Source: Bdellovibrionales bacterium (GTDB lineage: Bacteria > Bdellovibrionota > Bdellovibrionia > Bdellovibrionales > UBA1609). From it: DNA of 64,000 nt. The stretch lies in the NCBI GenBank assembly GCA_965199825.1, contig OZ241329.1:1024001-1088000 (forward strand), given 5' to 3'. Below are positions 27,712 to 37,429 of this stretch, in pieces. A model generated the notes under the pieces. That model was given only the letters and a program-made list of their open reading frames with translations. It did not search any database and was not told where the DNA came from. Made by a program: the position numbers and the translations under genes. Position 1 is the first letter of the stretch. Each line of letters begins with the position of its first letter.

Positions 27712-29052
27712 TTATTTTAAAGAAATCAAACATACCGAATCGGTCACAGTGACGGAAAGCTTACCGTCTGTGGCCGAAAGAGGGCGCCATGCTGAATCAG
27801 CACCGATACAAAACTGGTGGATCGATTGAAAGGAACGGGTCGTTGTCAGTGTGATTTCTTTTGAAACCACCGGTTGGTCAACGTACGTGTCAGGATTGTA
27901 GCCTTGGGTTCCGATCCAGATCGCTAGGTAAAAGGTGCCATCCCGTTTTTGTAACAGCACGGTTTGGACGTCTTGGGTTGGACCGCCCAATAAAAAATCG
28001 AGTTTTCCTGCCACGAAGGAATCTCCCGGATCTTTTAACACAGAGATGAGGTCTTTGAGATTGTTAAAGGCAGGCTTAGGAGTGCCATCATTGCGGATTA
28101 AGCCGTAATGCATTTCTGAATTAGTTGAATCTGTTCCCTGATCAAAAAATTCATAACTAAAAGTATGCTCAATACCTAAATTAAAATAATATAAAAAAAG
28201 ACGAGGCATGTATTTTCCCGCTATACCTTCGCTCACACCATTACCCGTTCCGGGAAGTGTATAATAACCGGTCTCTGTCACAACCGTTGGATGTGTTGCA
28301 ACTTCAAAAGCCGAGAAATTTGCAAGTGCCCAATTTAAGCTGCCATAATAATATCCGTTTTGAAGTCCACCCCAGCCAAGCGTTTCAGGATTTCTGCCTG
28401 CAGGATAAGGATGAATGTTATTGTGTGTCGCAGATGCAAAAGAATCTGCAACGCTTAAAACATCAGCCGCCCATATCACCGAAGGTGCGTAGATTGGCAA
28501 TGCAGAAGTGGTATTTAAATTTTTAAACGTCTGGTAAAGATCAAGCTGATAAGCAGTAGTCATTTGACTCCACGATGACCCATGCATGTTCTGAAAATAA
28601 CCATCGGGCTCATTGATACCTTCGATCGCATCTAGCCGAGATAAACCGATTAAGTTTGCATAATTAACCGCAGCGGCAGCTCCCCCGTAGTTGGGATCGC
28701 ATTGCAAAGTAAATTTGATCCCTAAGGTTTGATTTAAGTCCTTGAGCAATGCCAATTGCGAGTTCGAGGGATCAACTTCAGACACTCGCAAATGCCGAAT
28801 GCCCAGTTCTTTGAGTCGCGGTTTGATTGTTGACCCAAAAGCGTTTTGATAAACCGTTCCATCAAGATGGCTGTTTGTTCCAATCGAATCCACAAACTGA
28901 TCAGCCATTCGGGCCTGGGTTCCGGTAGGATCCGAAACCACAGAAAGATTAGAATCGCTAGATAGGGTGATGTATTGAACTTTAAAACCCTGACCACAAG
29001 CCTGGATAAATAGGCCTACAATTGCGATCAATATGAATCTTACTCTCACCAT
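27712..29052 (-). CDS. Lipoprotein glycoside hydrolase (GH-A clan TIM barrel)
   Basis: Lipobox IQAC; acid/base EGINEPD; nucleophile VVTETGY; HPYP; YGLIRNDGTPKPAF. Confidence 0.8.
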   Translation of the reverse strand: MVRVRFILIAIVGLFIQACGQGFKVQYITLSSDSNLSVVSDPTGTQARMADQFVDSIGTNSHLDGTVYQNAFGSTIKPRLKELGIRHLRVSEVDPSNSQLALLKDLNQTLGIKFTLQCDPNYGGAAAAVNYANLIGLSRLDAIEGINEPDGYFQNMHGSSWSQMTTAYQLDLYQTFKNLNTTSALPIYAPSVIWAADVLSVADSFASATHNNIHPYPAGRNPETLGWGGLQNGYYYGSLNWALANFSAFEVATHPTVVTETGYYTLPGTGNGVSEGIAGKYMPRLFLYYFNLGIEHTFSYEFFDQGTDSTNSEMHYGLIRNDGTPKPAFNNLKDLISVLKDPGDSFVAGKLDFLLGGPTQDVQTVLLQKRDGTFYLAIWIGTQGYNPDTYVDQPVVSKEITLTTTRSFQSIHQFCIGADSAWRPLSATDGKLSVTVTDSVCLISLK

Positions 29053-29165
29053 CTAGATTTATCGGTTACTCAAACTCACACAATAAGTTTATCTCAAAAT
29101 GCGACAAAATTTTGGTTATTCCAAAGTTGATTGCAAGACCAGCAAAAACAAAGCAAAACCAAAAC

Positions 29166-29513
29166 ATGAACGAAGAACTATTAAGACAGGTTGTTTTTTT
29201 GCTCGTCCGATTTACCGAGGCAGGTGCAGCCCTGGTTATTTTTACGGGCGCGCTGGTGAGTTTTTGTCAGTTTCTTTATCAAGGACTGATTTTTCGCAAA
29301 CCAGAATCCTTTGTCAAAGTCCGATTGATGCTCGGGCGCTTTCTCGCATTGGGTTTGGAGTTTCAGTTGGCGTCTGATCTTTTACGAACCGCGGTTGCTC
29401 CAACATTTGAAGAGATCGGTAAGCTTGCTGCTGTCGCATTGATTCGAACCGCTCTCAATTTATTTTTAAGTCATGAAATTCGAAATGAAGGTGGCGTTGA
29501 ACAACGACCTTAA
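29166..29513 (+). CDS. DUF1622 membrane protein
   Basis: LGRFLALGLEFQLASDLLRTAVAPTFEEIGKLAAVALIRTALNLFL signature; ATG 29166 preferred over the track start 29112. Confidence 0.88.
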   Translation: MNEELLRQVVFLLVRFTEAGAALVIFTGALVSFCQFLYQGLIFRKPESFVKVRLMLGRFLALGLEFQLASDLLRTAVAPTFEEIGKLAAVALIRTALNLFLSHEIRNEGGVEQRP

Positions 29514-29763
29514 TCACCTTCTTGTGTTGGTGTGTAGTGTGTTCGGAGTGATCGCATTTTTTTCGCCGCTGGCTGGTGCGGCAAATCTTTCTCATGCACT
29601 TGCACTGGCTCTTGATTTTTGGACCGCAGGGGGACTCATTCGCTTAACCGGAGTTCCGAGTTGGTCGGCGATTGAGATCGTTGCTGCCTTGATTGTGTTG
29701 AGAAAGATCACACGATTTTCGATTCATTATTCAATCAAAACTCAGGCACGTTTGTTGGAGTGA
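29473..29763 (+). CDS. Short DUF1622-like membrane protein
   Basis: LALALDFWTAGGLIRLTGVPSWSAI...IVLRK echoes the DUF1622 core; overlaps the upstream gene; true start uncertain. Confidence 0.6.
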   Translation: MKFEMKVALNNDLNHLLVLVCSVFGVIAFFSPLAGAANLSHALALALDFWTAGGLIRLTGVPSWSAIEIVAALIVLRKITRFSIHYSIKTQARLLE

Positions 29764-29793
29764 AGTTCTGATCAACCGTCAGAAAGAACTAGT

Positions 29794-30789
29794 ATGATTT
29801 TTAGGCGCCAAAGTTTGTTACTTTTGATGTTCACGTTGCCAATTTTTGCAACAGCCCAAATTGTGAGTGATGAGGTTCCGGTTGACCGTGTGCCTATTCG
29901 AAGTTGGTTACAAAACGCTTTAAACAATTTAAGTAACCACCCGGAGATCAACAAAAGCGTACTTGATAAATACCCTCGAACAGCAGAGTTGATAAAAAAA
30001 GAACTTCAGTTTTTAGATACAGTGTCGTTTCATATCGCTGATAACGAACAAGCATGTCAATCAACTGGTTCTCCCCAAGGATCCGGTTGGAAGATTGTAA
30101 TTGTGGATGGTCCCGGGCGACCTGCCTATGTGCATTTGAACGAACTCCGCAGTGATGGGATCAACATTTGCCCCGCTTATTTCAAAGCCACAGATACAGA
30201 CCAAATTCAGATCGTAATCCACGAACTTGCTCACTTTGTTGGGGTTGATGAAGAAGATGTTGCGGACTCGGTTTCTATCACAGCAGCCTTTTTGAATTTT
30301 CAAGCATCGAATGTGACAGACTATGTTTGGGAATTTCCAAAACTGACGTCATTGTGGCAAGAACTTTACATCTGGAGTTTTAAGCCAACTTTTTTTGAAA
30401 AAGAGGGCGCTCTTTCTGAAATGACTTTAAAAACCCCAACTGATTTATATAACTCTCTAGAAAATCACAAAATCAAACACCGTATTTTTTTAAACACCAC
30501 CGAAAAACGAATGGGCTACTCTTTGTACTGCGCAATTGCCTCCTCGCTAACTGAGCCAGATGGAAAAGGGGATGGCGGTGAAAATGTTGTTTCGGTGCCT
30601 TATCCTAATGATCAGGTTCAATTAAAGGTTTATCAGTTGCGAACAGGAATTTCGGCATCAAACACGATGGTCGGATTAAGTAATCATGAGTTGCACATCC
30701 AATTTTACTGTATAACTTCGGCACCCATTTTATCGCGAGAAATGATTTTGAATTTGATTAAAAGTCATATGCTGGCTGGACCTAAATAG
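29794..30789 (+). CDS. Secreted HExxH zinc metallopeptidase-like protein
   Basis: Signal peptide; INICPAYF...IVIHELAHFVG zincin-type motif. Confidence 0.65.
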   Translation: MIFRRQSLLLLMFTLPIFATAQIVSDEVPVDRVPIRSWLQNALNNLSNHPEINKSVLDKYPRTAELIKKELQFLDTVSFHIADNEQACQSTGSPQGSGWKIVIVDGPGRPAYVHLNELRSDGINICPAYFKATDTDQIQIVIHELAHFVGVDEEDVADSVSITAAFLNFQASNVTDYVWEFPKLTSLWQELYIWSFKPTFFEKEGALSEMTLKTPTDLYNSLENHKIKHRIFLNTTEKRMGYSLYCAIASSLTEPDGKGDGGENVVSVPYPNDQVQLKVYQLRTGISASNTMVGLSNHELHIQFYCITSAPILSREMILNLIKSHMLAGPK

Positions 30790-30838
30790 TTTATGTCAGT
30801 GGAAATTAGAGTCGTCAAAAAATTGAAATATGGTTGGA

Positions 30839-31318
30839 TCAAAGCCTCAGTGAACTCTCGATAGCCTTTGAACTCAATCCGCTTTTTAGAAAAGACTCGA
30901 GCATCAATGCCAACGCTTGCTTCATTCGCTCACGGGTTACAACCGAGAGACTGACATTCCTCCGACGCGCATCTTCGCGATCAAAAGTCGAAATAAGATA
31001 GCCCTCTTTGATCGCGTCATGGAGATAAAGTTGAGTCGTCCGTGGATTGATGGATAAAGCTTGGTCGCGCACCACTCCAATATTTATCAATCCATCCTGG
31101 TCCCCATGAAGATAAATGTATTCAAAAATCATCCACAAAAATGGCCTTCTCAACTCATGAATCTCAGGAAAAGCTTCATTAATAATCTTACGATCTTGGC
31201 CATGCAAACGAGTGAATGAAAGGATTTTTTCAGAAGTCGACAGCGATTTTGCACACCCCTCGACAGCCTGCCCTTGAACACAAAAGCTGACTAAAACAAC
31301 AATAAAAAACTTTTTCAT
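30839..31318 (-). CDS. Signal-peptide protein with a MarR-like winged-helix domain
   Basis: GAGG SD; MKKFFIVVLVSFCVQGQA signal; TTQLYLHDAIKEGYLISTFDREDARRRNVSLS wing motif (DxR). Confidence 0.6.
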   Translation of the reverse strand: MKKFFIVVLVSFCVQGQAVEGCAKSLSTSEKILSFTRLHGQDRKIINEAFPEIHELRRPFLWMIFEYIYLHGDQDGLINIGVVRDQALSINPRTTQLYLHDAIKEGYLISTFDREDARRRNVSLSVVTRERMKQALALMLESFLKSGLSSKAIESSLRL

Positions 31319-31383
31319 TTTTCCCTCTTATTTGATGGCATGGTTCTTACATGCAAAATTGATACGACCCAAGGAGGACAAAA

Positions 31384-32007
31384 ATGTCAGGTTTCAAAGT
31401 TTTAAGCGTAGTCATAATTACACAGATGTTAAGTTTCATGGCCCATGCTCAACCTAATTCTCGCAAAGACAACTTGGAGCAAGCCGAACTTTTAACAAAC
31501 ATTGCGTTATGCAGTCCTCATCGCGCCGTATATTCAATCACCAGACGTGGACAAGTCTTAAACGAATCATACCAAATCTATTTACAAACGAATTTATCGG
31601 CACAAACGGATGCGCTTCAGATCTTAAAAACCGCAGCACAGCCTCCAGATGGCAGGCATTTTAACGAAGCCTTTTTTGATGTCTCGTCGACATGTCCACG
31701 GTTTCGAACAGTTTACTCTTATAACCCCAGCACAGGAGCCGACGGATTTGTGATGTGGGGAGTAGATCTCTTTGCCGGTTACGACAATGAATCCTCATCG
31801 ATGGCTACTCAGGATTTATTTTGCCAGTATGGTGGGTATCGAGCCGCGGTCTCTTCGAAATCTCGACCGATCGTAGAAAACCAAACTCTTCCATCACAGG
31901 CTCTTTCATTCACCACAAGTCCAGAGACTGGCCATATCGTACCTATCGCGGTCACATTAGACCAAAGCCGAAAGCCCGTATTTTTGAGTGATATTTACTG
32001 CAAATAA
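31384..32007 (+). CDS. Secreted hypothetical protein
   Basis: AAGGAGG SD, signal peptide ending AHA, 4 Cys. Confidence 0.75.
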   Translation: MSGFKVLSVVIITQMLSFMAHAQPNSRKDNLEQAELLTNIALCSPHRAVYSITRRGQVLNESYQIYLQTNLSAQTDALQILKTAAQPPDGRHFNEAFFDVSSTCPRFRTVYSYNPSTGADGFVMWGVDLFAGYDNESSSMATQDLFCQYGGYRAAVSSKSRPIVENQTLPSQALSFTTSPETGHIVPIAVTLDQSRKPVFLSDIYCK

Positions 32008-32026
32008 AATATGCTATGTTCTAGCA

Positions 32027-33187
32027 ATGAAAACATCTTATGAGCCTGTGGTCATCATTGGTGCAGGTCTTTCGGGATTGAGTGCGGCGCTCGAGCTTGA
32101 GGCCGCGGGCGAAAGCTGTCTGATTCTCGAAGCCTCAGATCACATCGGTGGCAAAGTCGAAACCACAAATTTTAAAGATCGCTATCTTCTTGATCGCGGC
32201 TTTCAGGTTCTATTGCCCTCATATCCCGAACTCAAGCGGTTGGGAAATTTAGATCAAGAGCTGAGCCTTAAATATTTTAATTCGGGTGCACGTCTCGAGA
32301 CCGACAATAAAACCATCACCATTGCAAATCCACTTAATCATCCTTTTCGAATATTTTCGACGCTCTTTGGTCGATACGCGACTCTCAATGACAAAATCTT
32401 GGTGATGAAGCTGCAGTTTGAAGTGATGAGTGGCGATCCGAGTGCGCTGTTAAATCATCCCAACCAAACCACTCTTGAATATTTGCGCTCTTTTGGATTT
32501 AGCCAAAAAATTATTACCACATTTTGGCAGCCGTTTTTTTCAGGAATTTTTTTAGAAAATCATCTCGAAACGGCCGCGGGATTTTTTCGATATCTTGTCC
32601 GCATGTTTGCAAGCTCTCCTGTTGCTGTACCAAAACTTGGAATGGGCGAGCTTCCTAAACTGTTAAGCCGACGCCTTCAAAATTCTGAAATTCGACTTCA
32701 GAGCGAAGTCAAAAATCAAACAGCCACTTCGGTAGAACTGATGGATGGATCAAAGATTTCAGCGCGAGCGGTTGTTGATTCAAAATCTTTACGGGCGGGC
32801 CCCTTTGGAGCGGTGACCACCTTTTGGTTTTCTGCACCTGAGCCACCCTTTGGTGGGGCATGGCTCAGCCTCAATTCGCGCCCCAACTCAATGATCAATC
32901 ATGTGGCGGTGCTTTCGAATGTCAGCAAAGATTACGCCCCAAAAGGCGATGCATTGATTAGCATCAATGTGGTTAAGCCAGAGACCTCTATAAACATTAA
33001 AAGTTTGATCGCTCAGGCTCGTGAAATTTATGGATCAAATGTCGACAGTTGGAATCATTTGCGAACTGATCAAATCTCTAATGCTTTCCCGCTTTACCTG
33101 AATCGTACCGACCAAGACACACCCTCTCAGCAAGGAGCGATGTTGCGAGGTAGGAATTTGGGGCGCTTGGTATTAGACAAACTCTAA
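32027..33187 (+). CDS. FAD-dependent amine oxidase / phytoene-dehydrogenase-like oxidoreductase
   Basis: IIGAGLSGL Rossmann motif, LEASDHIGGK, LDRGFQVL, C-terminal TPSQQGAM; ATG 32027 preferred. Confidence 0.88.
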   Translation: MKTSYEPVVIIGAGLSGLSAALELEAAGESCLILEASDHIGGKVETTNFKDRYLLDRGFQVLLPSYPELKRLGNLDQELSLKYFNSGARLETDNKTITIANPLNHPFRIFSTLFGRYATLNDKILVMKLQFEVMSGDPSALLNHPNQTTLEYLRSFGFSQKIITTFWQPFFSGIFLENHLETAAGFFRYLVRMFASSPVAVPKLGMGELPKLLSRRLQNSEIRLQSEVKNQTATSVELMDGSKISARAVVDSKSLRAGPFGAVTTFWFSAPEPPFGGAWLSLNSRPNSMINHVAVLSNVSKDYAPKGDALISINVVKPETSINIKSLIAQAREIYGSNVDSWNHLRTDQISNAFPLYLNRTDQDTPSQQGAMLRGRNLGRLVLDKL

Positions 33188-33255
33188 ATCCGTCTCTTGC
33201 TTGACACTGTTTTGCAAACACACGCACAATGCCAAAAACTTTCAAAGGATAAAAA

Positions 33256-33402
33256 ATGTCACACAATACAAAAGGCAATTCTAAAGATCAGCATCACAAT
33301 AAAGAAGTGAGCAAAGAGGTCGATCAAAAAACAAAAGAACAACAACATCAAAAGCACGAAGCCAAAAAAGAAGAAAAAAAACAGCACGATAAAATTAAAT
33401 AG
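33256..33402 (+). CDS. 48-aa highly hydrophilic small protein (not in the ORF track)
   Basis: AAAGGA SD; MSHNTKGNSKDQHHNKEVSKEVDQKTKEQQHQKHEAKKEEKKQHDKIK*; TTGACA-N18-CACAAT upstream (33201-33230); GCCGGC hairpin downstream. Confidence 0.75.
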   Translation: MSHNTKGNSKDQHHNKEVSKEVDQKTKEQQHQKHEAKKEEKKQHDKIK

Positions 33403-33432
33403 ATTTTAAGTCGCCGGCCGAGCGCCGGCACT

Positions 33433-33951
33433 TTAATTGGCCAACTCGATCGGAGCTTTGTCGTCTGCGCAAAGAGGCAACGCTGCAATCTGATGGTTCG
33501 CATCCCAAATACTGAAACGAAGATATTGGGTGTATCGGGGAACTCGGCCAGTCCCTCGAAAAAATGTGACCCGTGGTAAGGCGTATCTCAGCTCGGTCTT
33601 TGTGGCTTTATCAAACACCACATAAACTCCGGCTTGCCCGCGATAAAGGTTTCTTTGGCCGTCATGAGCGGTAAATGCAATCGCAGCCTTAGCCGCCAAG
33701 CATTCCTTATCAAAGCATCCATGGTCCACCACCGTGATGCCATCAAGATCAATACGGATGTCTTTGCGACCGGCTACCACAAGAGCTTCGCTTCCAAGTT
33801 TAAAAAATGCATCACGGAAGGCGTCTTCAGACAAAGGTTGTGCATGGATCACAGGTGCCGAATTTTGGGCGGTGGTCATTGGGAGGCAAATTTCAGAACC
33901 AAAAGCCGCCGACGTTCCCATACAAAAGATTGCGAAAATAAAATGCCTCAT
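33433..33951 (-). CDS. Secreted hypothetical protein
   Basis: Signal peptide MRHFIFAIFCMGTSAAFG; fills the gap between neighbouring genes. Confidence 0.7.
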   Translation of the reverse strand: MRHFIFAIFCMGTSAAFGSEICLPMTTAQNSAPVIHAQPLSEDAFRDAFFKLGSEALVVAGRKDIRIDLDGITVVDHGCFDKECLAAKAAIAFTAHDGQRNLYRGQAGVYVVFDKATKTELRYALPRVTFFRGTGRVPRYTQYLRFSIWDANHQIAALPLCADDKAPIELAN

Positions 33952-34110
33952 CAGTTGAACCTTTGCAAAAGTGCTGCTGCCCGAAACTAGGCTAAATCTA
34001 AAAAGGCCAACTCAGTCGTGCAAACTCAATGTTCGCTTAGAAAAAATTTACCCAGCAGTCGAGCGAATTTGAGCTCCAGTAAGGGTATTGAGATTGCAAA
34101 TGCTCGTATA

Positions 34111-34764
34111 ATGAAAAAATGGTTTTTGGTTTTGGCCTTTCTTTTTGGTGTTCCTGCTCTTGCCGACAGACTGCCACTCGAGGCCCTTTACAACCAACTT
34201 CTCGAATCCCAATCGTTGCAGGAACAAAATCAAATAATTAATGAGATCGTAAATGGCGTGTTTGAATATCCACCCACGGTCGATTCAAAAATTTGGAAGA
34301 TTCGATCTCTCAATGCTCAACATCGACAGCAATTGGATGGCAAAAAAGATCTCGATTTTGAAAACAAGGAATCTCGATTGATTGATAGTATTCTTGTGCG
34401 GTCTCAATTGAAAAAAGCGATGCTCATTGATCAAAGAAAAATGCTTAAAAGCTCAGGAACACAATTTTGTTTTGAATCTATTTCTGTTGGAGTTGTGGTC
34501 TCACTGCTTGGACTTATCACCCGGAATCGCAATGCGGCCCTAACAGGCGGAATGGTTGCGGTCGGAGGATGTATTGTGTCTCAACTCAGCACAGAACGAG
34601 CCATTTATATTATTGAACATCAAGAATCCAAACTCGAAGATTCAAGCTATCAAATTTTGGCGCACATTTTTGGGGTGTTAGCCGCAGACTTTATTCTTCA
34701 AGAAAAAGCCAATCATCATTCGGATCAACAAATTCTTTCGAGTCTCTCGTTACCCAATGGTTAA
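34111..34764 (+). CDS. Secreted helical protein with hydrophobic hairpin, tandem paralog 1
   Basis: MKKWFLVLAFLFGVPALA signal (ATG 34111 preferred); two adjacent hydrophobic helices; similar to the next gene. Confidence 0.8.
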   Translation: MKKWFLVLAFLFGVPALADRLPLEALYNQLLESQSLQEQNQIINEIVNGVFEYPPTVDSKIWKIRSLNAQHRQQLDGKKDLDFENKESRLIDSILVRSQLKKAMLIDQRKMLKSSGTQFCFESISVGVVVSLLGLITRNRNAALTGGMVAVGGCIVSQLSTERAIYIIEHQESKLEDSSYQILAHIFGVLAADFILQEKANHHSDQQILSSLSLPNG

Positions 34765-34780
34765 AAATGGACGCCCACTT

Positions 34781-35458
34781 ATGAAAAACCTAATTTGTAT
34801 TCTGTTGATCTTTATATTCACGCCGCATGCCTCGGCTGAGGTGCAAGAGGATCGATCGTCGATTCAAATTCTATTTCAGCAACTGATCCTTGCACGCACT
34901 GCGGACGTCCAACATCAAACTGTAGGACAGATTGTAAAAGAAATTTATCGCGATCCCCAAAATAGAGAATCTCAATTGTTGTACATTGAACTTCTTAACA
35001 AAAAACACCTGAGAGAATTGAATGGTCGTGAAGATTTAAACTACAAAGCAAAATTTGACGAATTGAGAAATGCTATTTATTTTGAGGCAGAAGTCGACCT
35101 GGCCCGTTTGACCTCACAGCTGCAACAGATGCGCAAAATTAATAAAGATAATCAAAATTTATGTTTACTTGCGGCTTCGGCATTACTTATTCCCTCTTTG
35201 TATGGACTTGTAAGCAGAAATCCAAGTGTTGTTATATCGGCTACTTTAATAGCATCGCTGACGTGCCTTTTGACTTCACTGGATACGAACCTAGCATATT
35301 ATCTGATTGCTCATCCCGAAAGTCGGTCGTCTAATCCTGTCTATAATCTTATCAGAAAGTTCTACGGACCGGTTTCGGCCGATCTCGTGCTTTTTGAAAA
35401 ATCTCGCGGGGTCGCTGATGAGATTATTTTGAAGAACTTGTCGTTACCAACCATATAG
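34781..35458 (+). CDS. Secreted helical protein with hydrophobic hairpin, tandem paralog 2
   Basis: MKNLICILLIFIFTPHASA signal (ATG 34781 preferred); LNKKHLRELNGREDLNY aligns with LNAQHRQQLDGKKDLDF of paralog 1. Confidence 0.8.
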   Translation: MKNLICILLIFIFTPHASAEVQEDRSSIQILFQQLILARTADVQHQTVGQIVKEIYRDPQNRESQLLYIELLNKKHLRELNGREDLNYKAKFDELRNAIYFEAEVDLARLTSQLQQMRKINKDNQNLCLLAASALLIPSLYGLVSRNPSVVISATLIASLTCLLTSLDTNLAYYLIAHPESRSSNPVYNLIRKFYGPVSADLVLFEKSRGVADEIILKNLSLPTI

Positions 35459-35479
35459 ATAGAAATGATTGGGTCTTAA

Positions 35480-36145
35480 ATGTCCTGTGTTCATCTCCTC
35501 GCGACTTTATTCCTTTTGCCTTGTGTCGCTTCAGCCACAAATTTTTTAAAAGACAGGCTTAAAGATTACAGCTGCATGAGCTTGTTGGTTCCAATTTCTG
35601 AACAAAAGGTGGATCAACGGATACTTTGGCTAGCGCCAATCAAAGATCCCTTTCTCGCGGTTTTAAAACCTGACCCAAGTGAGACAGGCAATGAGGAGTT
35701 CGAGCGTCGCCATGCTTGGCTAGAATGGTCGCAGATGCTTGGACATCTGAATTCTGATCAATTTCCGCTGACTTTACATGAATTAAAACACTATTCGGCT
35801 TTGAATCTGAGTCGGCAAGATCAAACTCTTCCAGAAGTTTGGATCTCAATTATTCAGCCTTCGTTGAATGAAAAAACCGGTCGACTTCACAGTGGTGAAT
35901 TTGTGATCGAGGTGCAAACCGAAAAAGATGTCCCCAATCTCATACAAAAAATGTTTGAGCTTGCCCTTGAAGATTCTCATTACAATTTGTTAACTTCAAA
36001 ATCAAAAACAGAGGACGATACTTATATTTACTCGGCCCTTATCGATATTGAAGGAACCCCAGAACAAAGGTTTTTGGCCACTTTCGAATTGTACCAAAAA
36101 GTTTTAATCGAAGTCGAAGCTCAAGAGGGGCTAGGCGTTTTTTAG
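35480..36145 (+). CDS. Secreted hypothetical protein
   Basis: Signal-like N-terminus ending ASA, acidic body. Confidence 0.7.
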   Translation: MSCVHLLATLFLLPCVASATNFLKDRLKDYSCMSLLVPISEQKVDQRILWLAPIKDPFLAVLKPDPSETGNEEFERRHAWLEWSQMLGHLNSDQFPLTLHELKHYSALNLSRQDQTLPEVWISIIQPSLNEKTGRLHSGEFVIEVQTEKDVPNLIQKMFELALEDSHYNLLTSKSKTEDDTYIYSALIDIEGTPEQRFLATFELYQKVLIEVEAQEGLGVF

Positions 36146-36146
36146 T

Positions 36147-36950
36147 TTATTTTGATTTACGGCCTTCAAATTGATCCATGCCTTTGTAAATACCAAACCA
36201 CGTACCCACCACTAAATCGAAGAGTCGTGTTGGCAATACCGCTTTGATAAATGGTAAAAAATAAATCAAAAATGGCAAGCGCAGCATGATCTGATTTTTT
36301 TTGATTGCTCGCACAATCGCTTTTGCAGTTTGCTCAGGCTCTAGCAGGGGCAACACAGGTGAAGCCACTCCTTTAAACATTCCTGTATCAATGTAATAGG
36401 GGGTAACAGTTGTCACTCTCACCCCGGTATTTTTCTGCCAGCACTCCAAGCGCAAAGATTCAGACCAACCAATCACTCCCCATTTGCTCGCACAATAAAC
36501 TGACATTTTTGGATTCGAAATCAGGCCCGCAGCCGAGGCGATGTTGACGATATGCCCACTTTTTTTATCAATCATTTGAGGCAAAAGTTCGAGCGTCAGA
36601 TGCATCATTGCAGCGGTGTTGATATTAAGAAGTTGGTCAATGTCCTCATGGCTGTGATCAGAAAATGTTTTGCCCACAACAATGCCAGCGTTGTTGATCA
36701 GAATATCAACTCTGCCGATATCCTTACAAATCTCGATCAGTTTTTTTGTGTCGGAAATATCGATCTCAAAAGTTTCGACTTGAGTGCCGTAGGCCGCAAA
36801 ATCCGAGCGCGCCTGATTGAGTTGCAATCGATTTCGATCAAATAAAATAACTCGACGAGCACCCTCATCCAAAATCTTTTTGGCGATTAGCCGACCGATG
36901 CCAGAGGCCCCACCCGTAATCAATACTGTCTGTTCGGCAATGGCACTCAT
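36147..36950 (-). CDS. Short-chain dehydrogenase/reductase
   Basis: TGGASGIG, NNAG and YCASK motifs. Confidence 0.95.
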   Translation of the reverse strand: MSAIAEQTVLITGGASGIGRLIAKKILDEGARRVILFDRNRLQLNQARSDFAAYGTQVETFEIDISDTKKLIEICKDIGRVDILINNAGIVVGKTFSDHSHEDIDQLLNINTAAMMHLTLELLPQMIDKKSGHIVNIASAAGLISNPKMSVYCASKWGVIGWSESLRLECWQKNTGVRVTTVTPYYIDTGMFKGVASPVLPLLEPEQTAKAIVRAIKKNQIMLRLPFLIYFLPFIKAVLPTRLFDLVVGTWFGIYKGMDQFEGRKSK

Positions 36951-36962
36951 CTCATCAATGAC

Positions 36963-37304
36963 TTAATAGGATGCGCCTTCGAGCGCGACCACTGTTGAAT
37001 AAATTTGTTGAACCAATTCTTCCGACAATAAATTTTGGAAAGATTGATTGAGTGCCATCGCTTGATCAAGAATTGAGTGAGCAAGTTTTTGTAGGTTATG
37101 GGATTTGTCTGCACATCCGTGAGGGATGTCATTCAGGAGCGTGGTTAGGTCCTCATCGAGTGCGTCACTCACATCTCCTTGCGACTTCAATAAGTCAAAA
37201 GTGTGGTGTGCGGCGTTTGCGCTTTGTTGCGCCATTTCGCAATCGGGAGTTGTCGCATTTGCTTTCAAACTAATGATTAAAAATAAACTAAATATCATTT
37301 TCAT
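36963..37304 (-). CDS. Small secreted helical protein
   Basis: GGAGG SD, signal peptide ending ANA, two Cys. Confidence 0.75.
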   Translation of the reverse strand: MKMIFSLFLIISLKANATTPDCEMAQQSANAAHHTFDLLKSQGDVSDALDEDLTTLLNDIPHGCADKSHNLQKLAHSILDQAMALNQSFQNLLSEELVQQIYSTVVALEGASY

Positions 37305-37429
37305 CAGGTTCCTCCATCAAATGAATTGGTATTACTTCATAGACAGAAAATCAAAATTGCAACTTTTTATAAGATGGCCCGATGAAAAACGGCCCGAGAA
37401 ATTAAAATAATTCCTCAGGCCAAAAAAAT

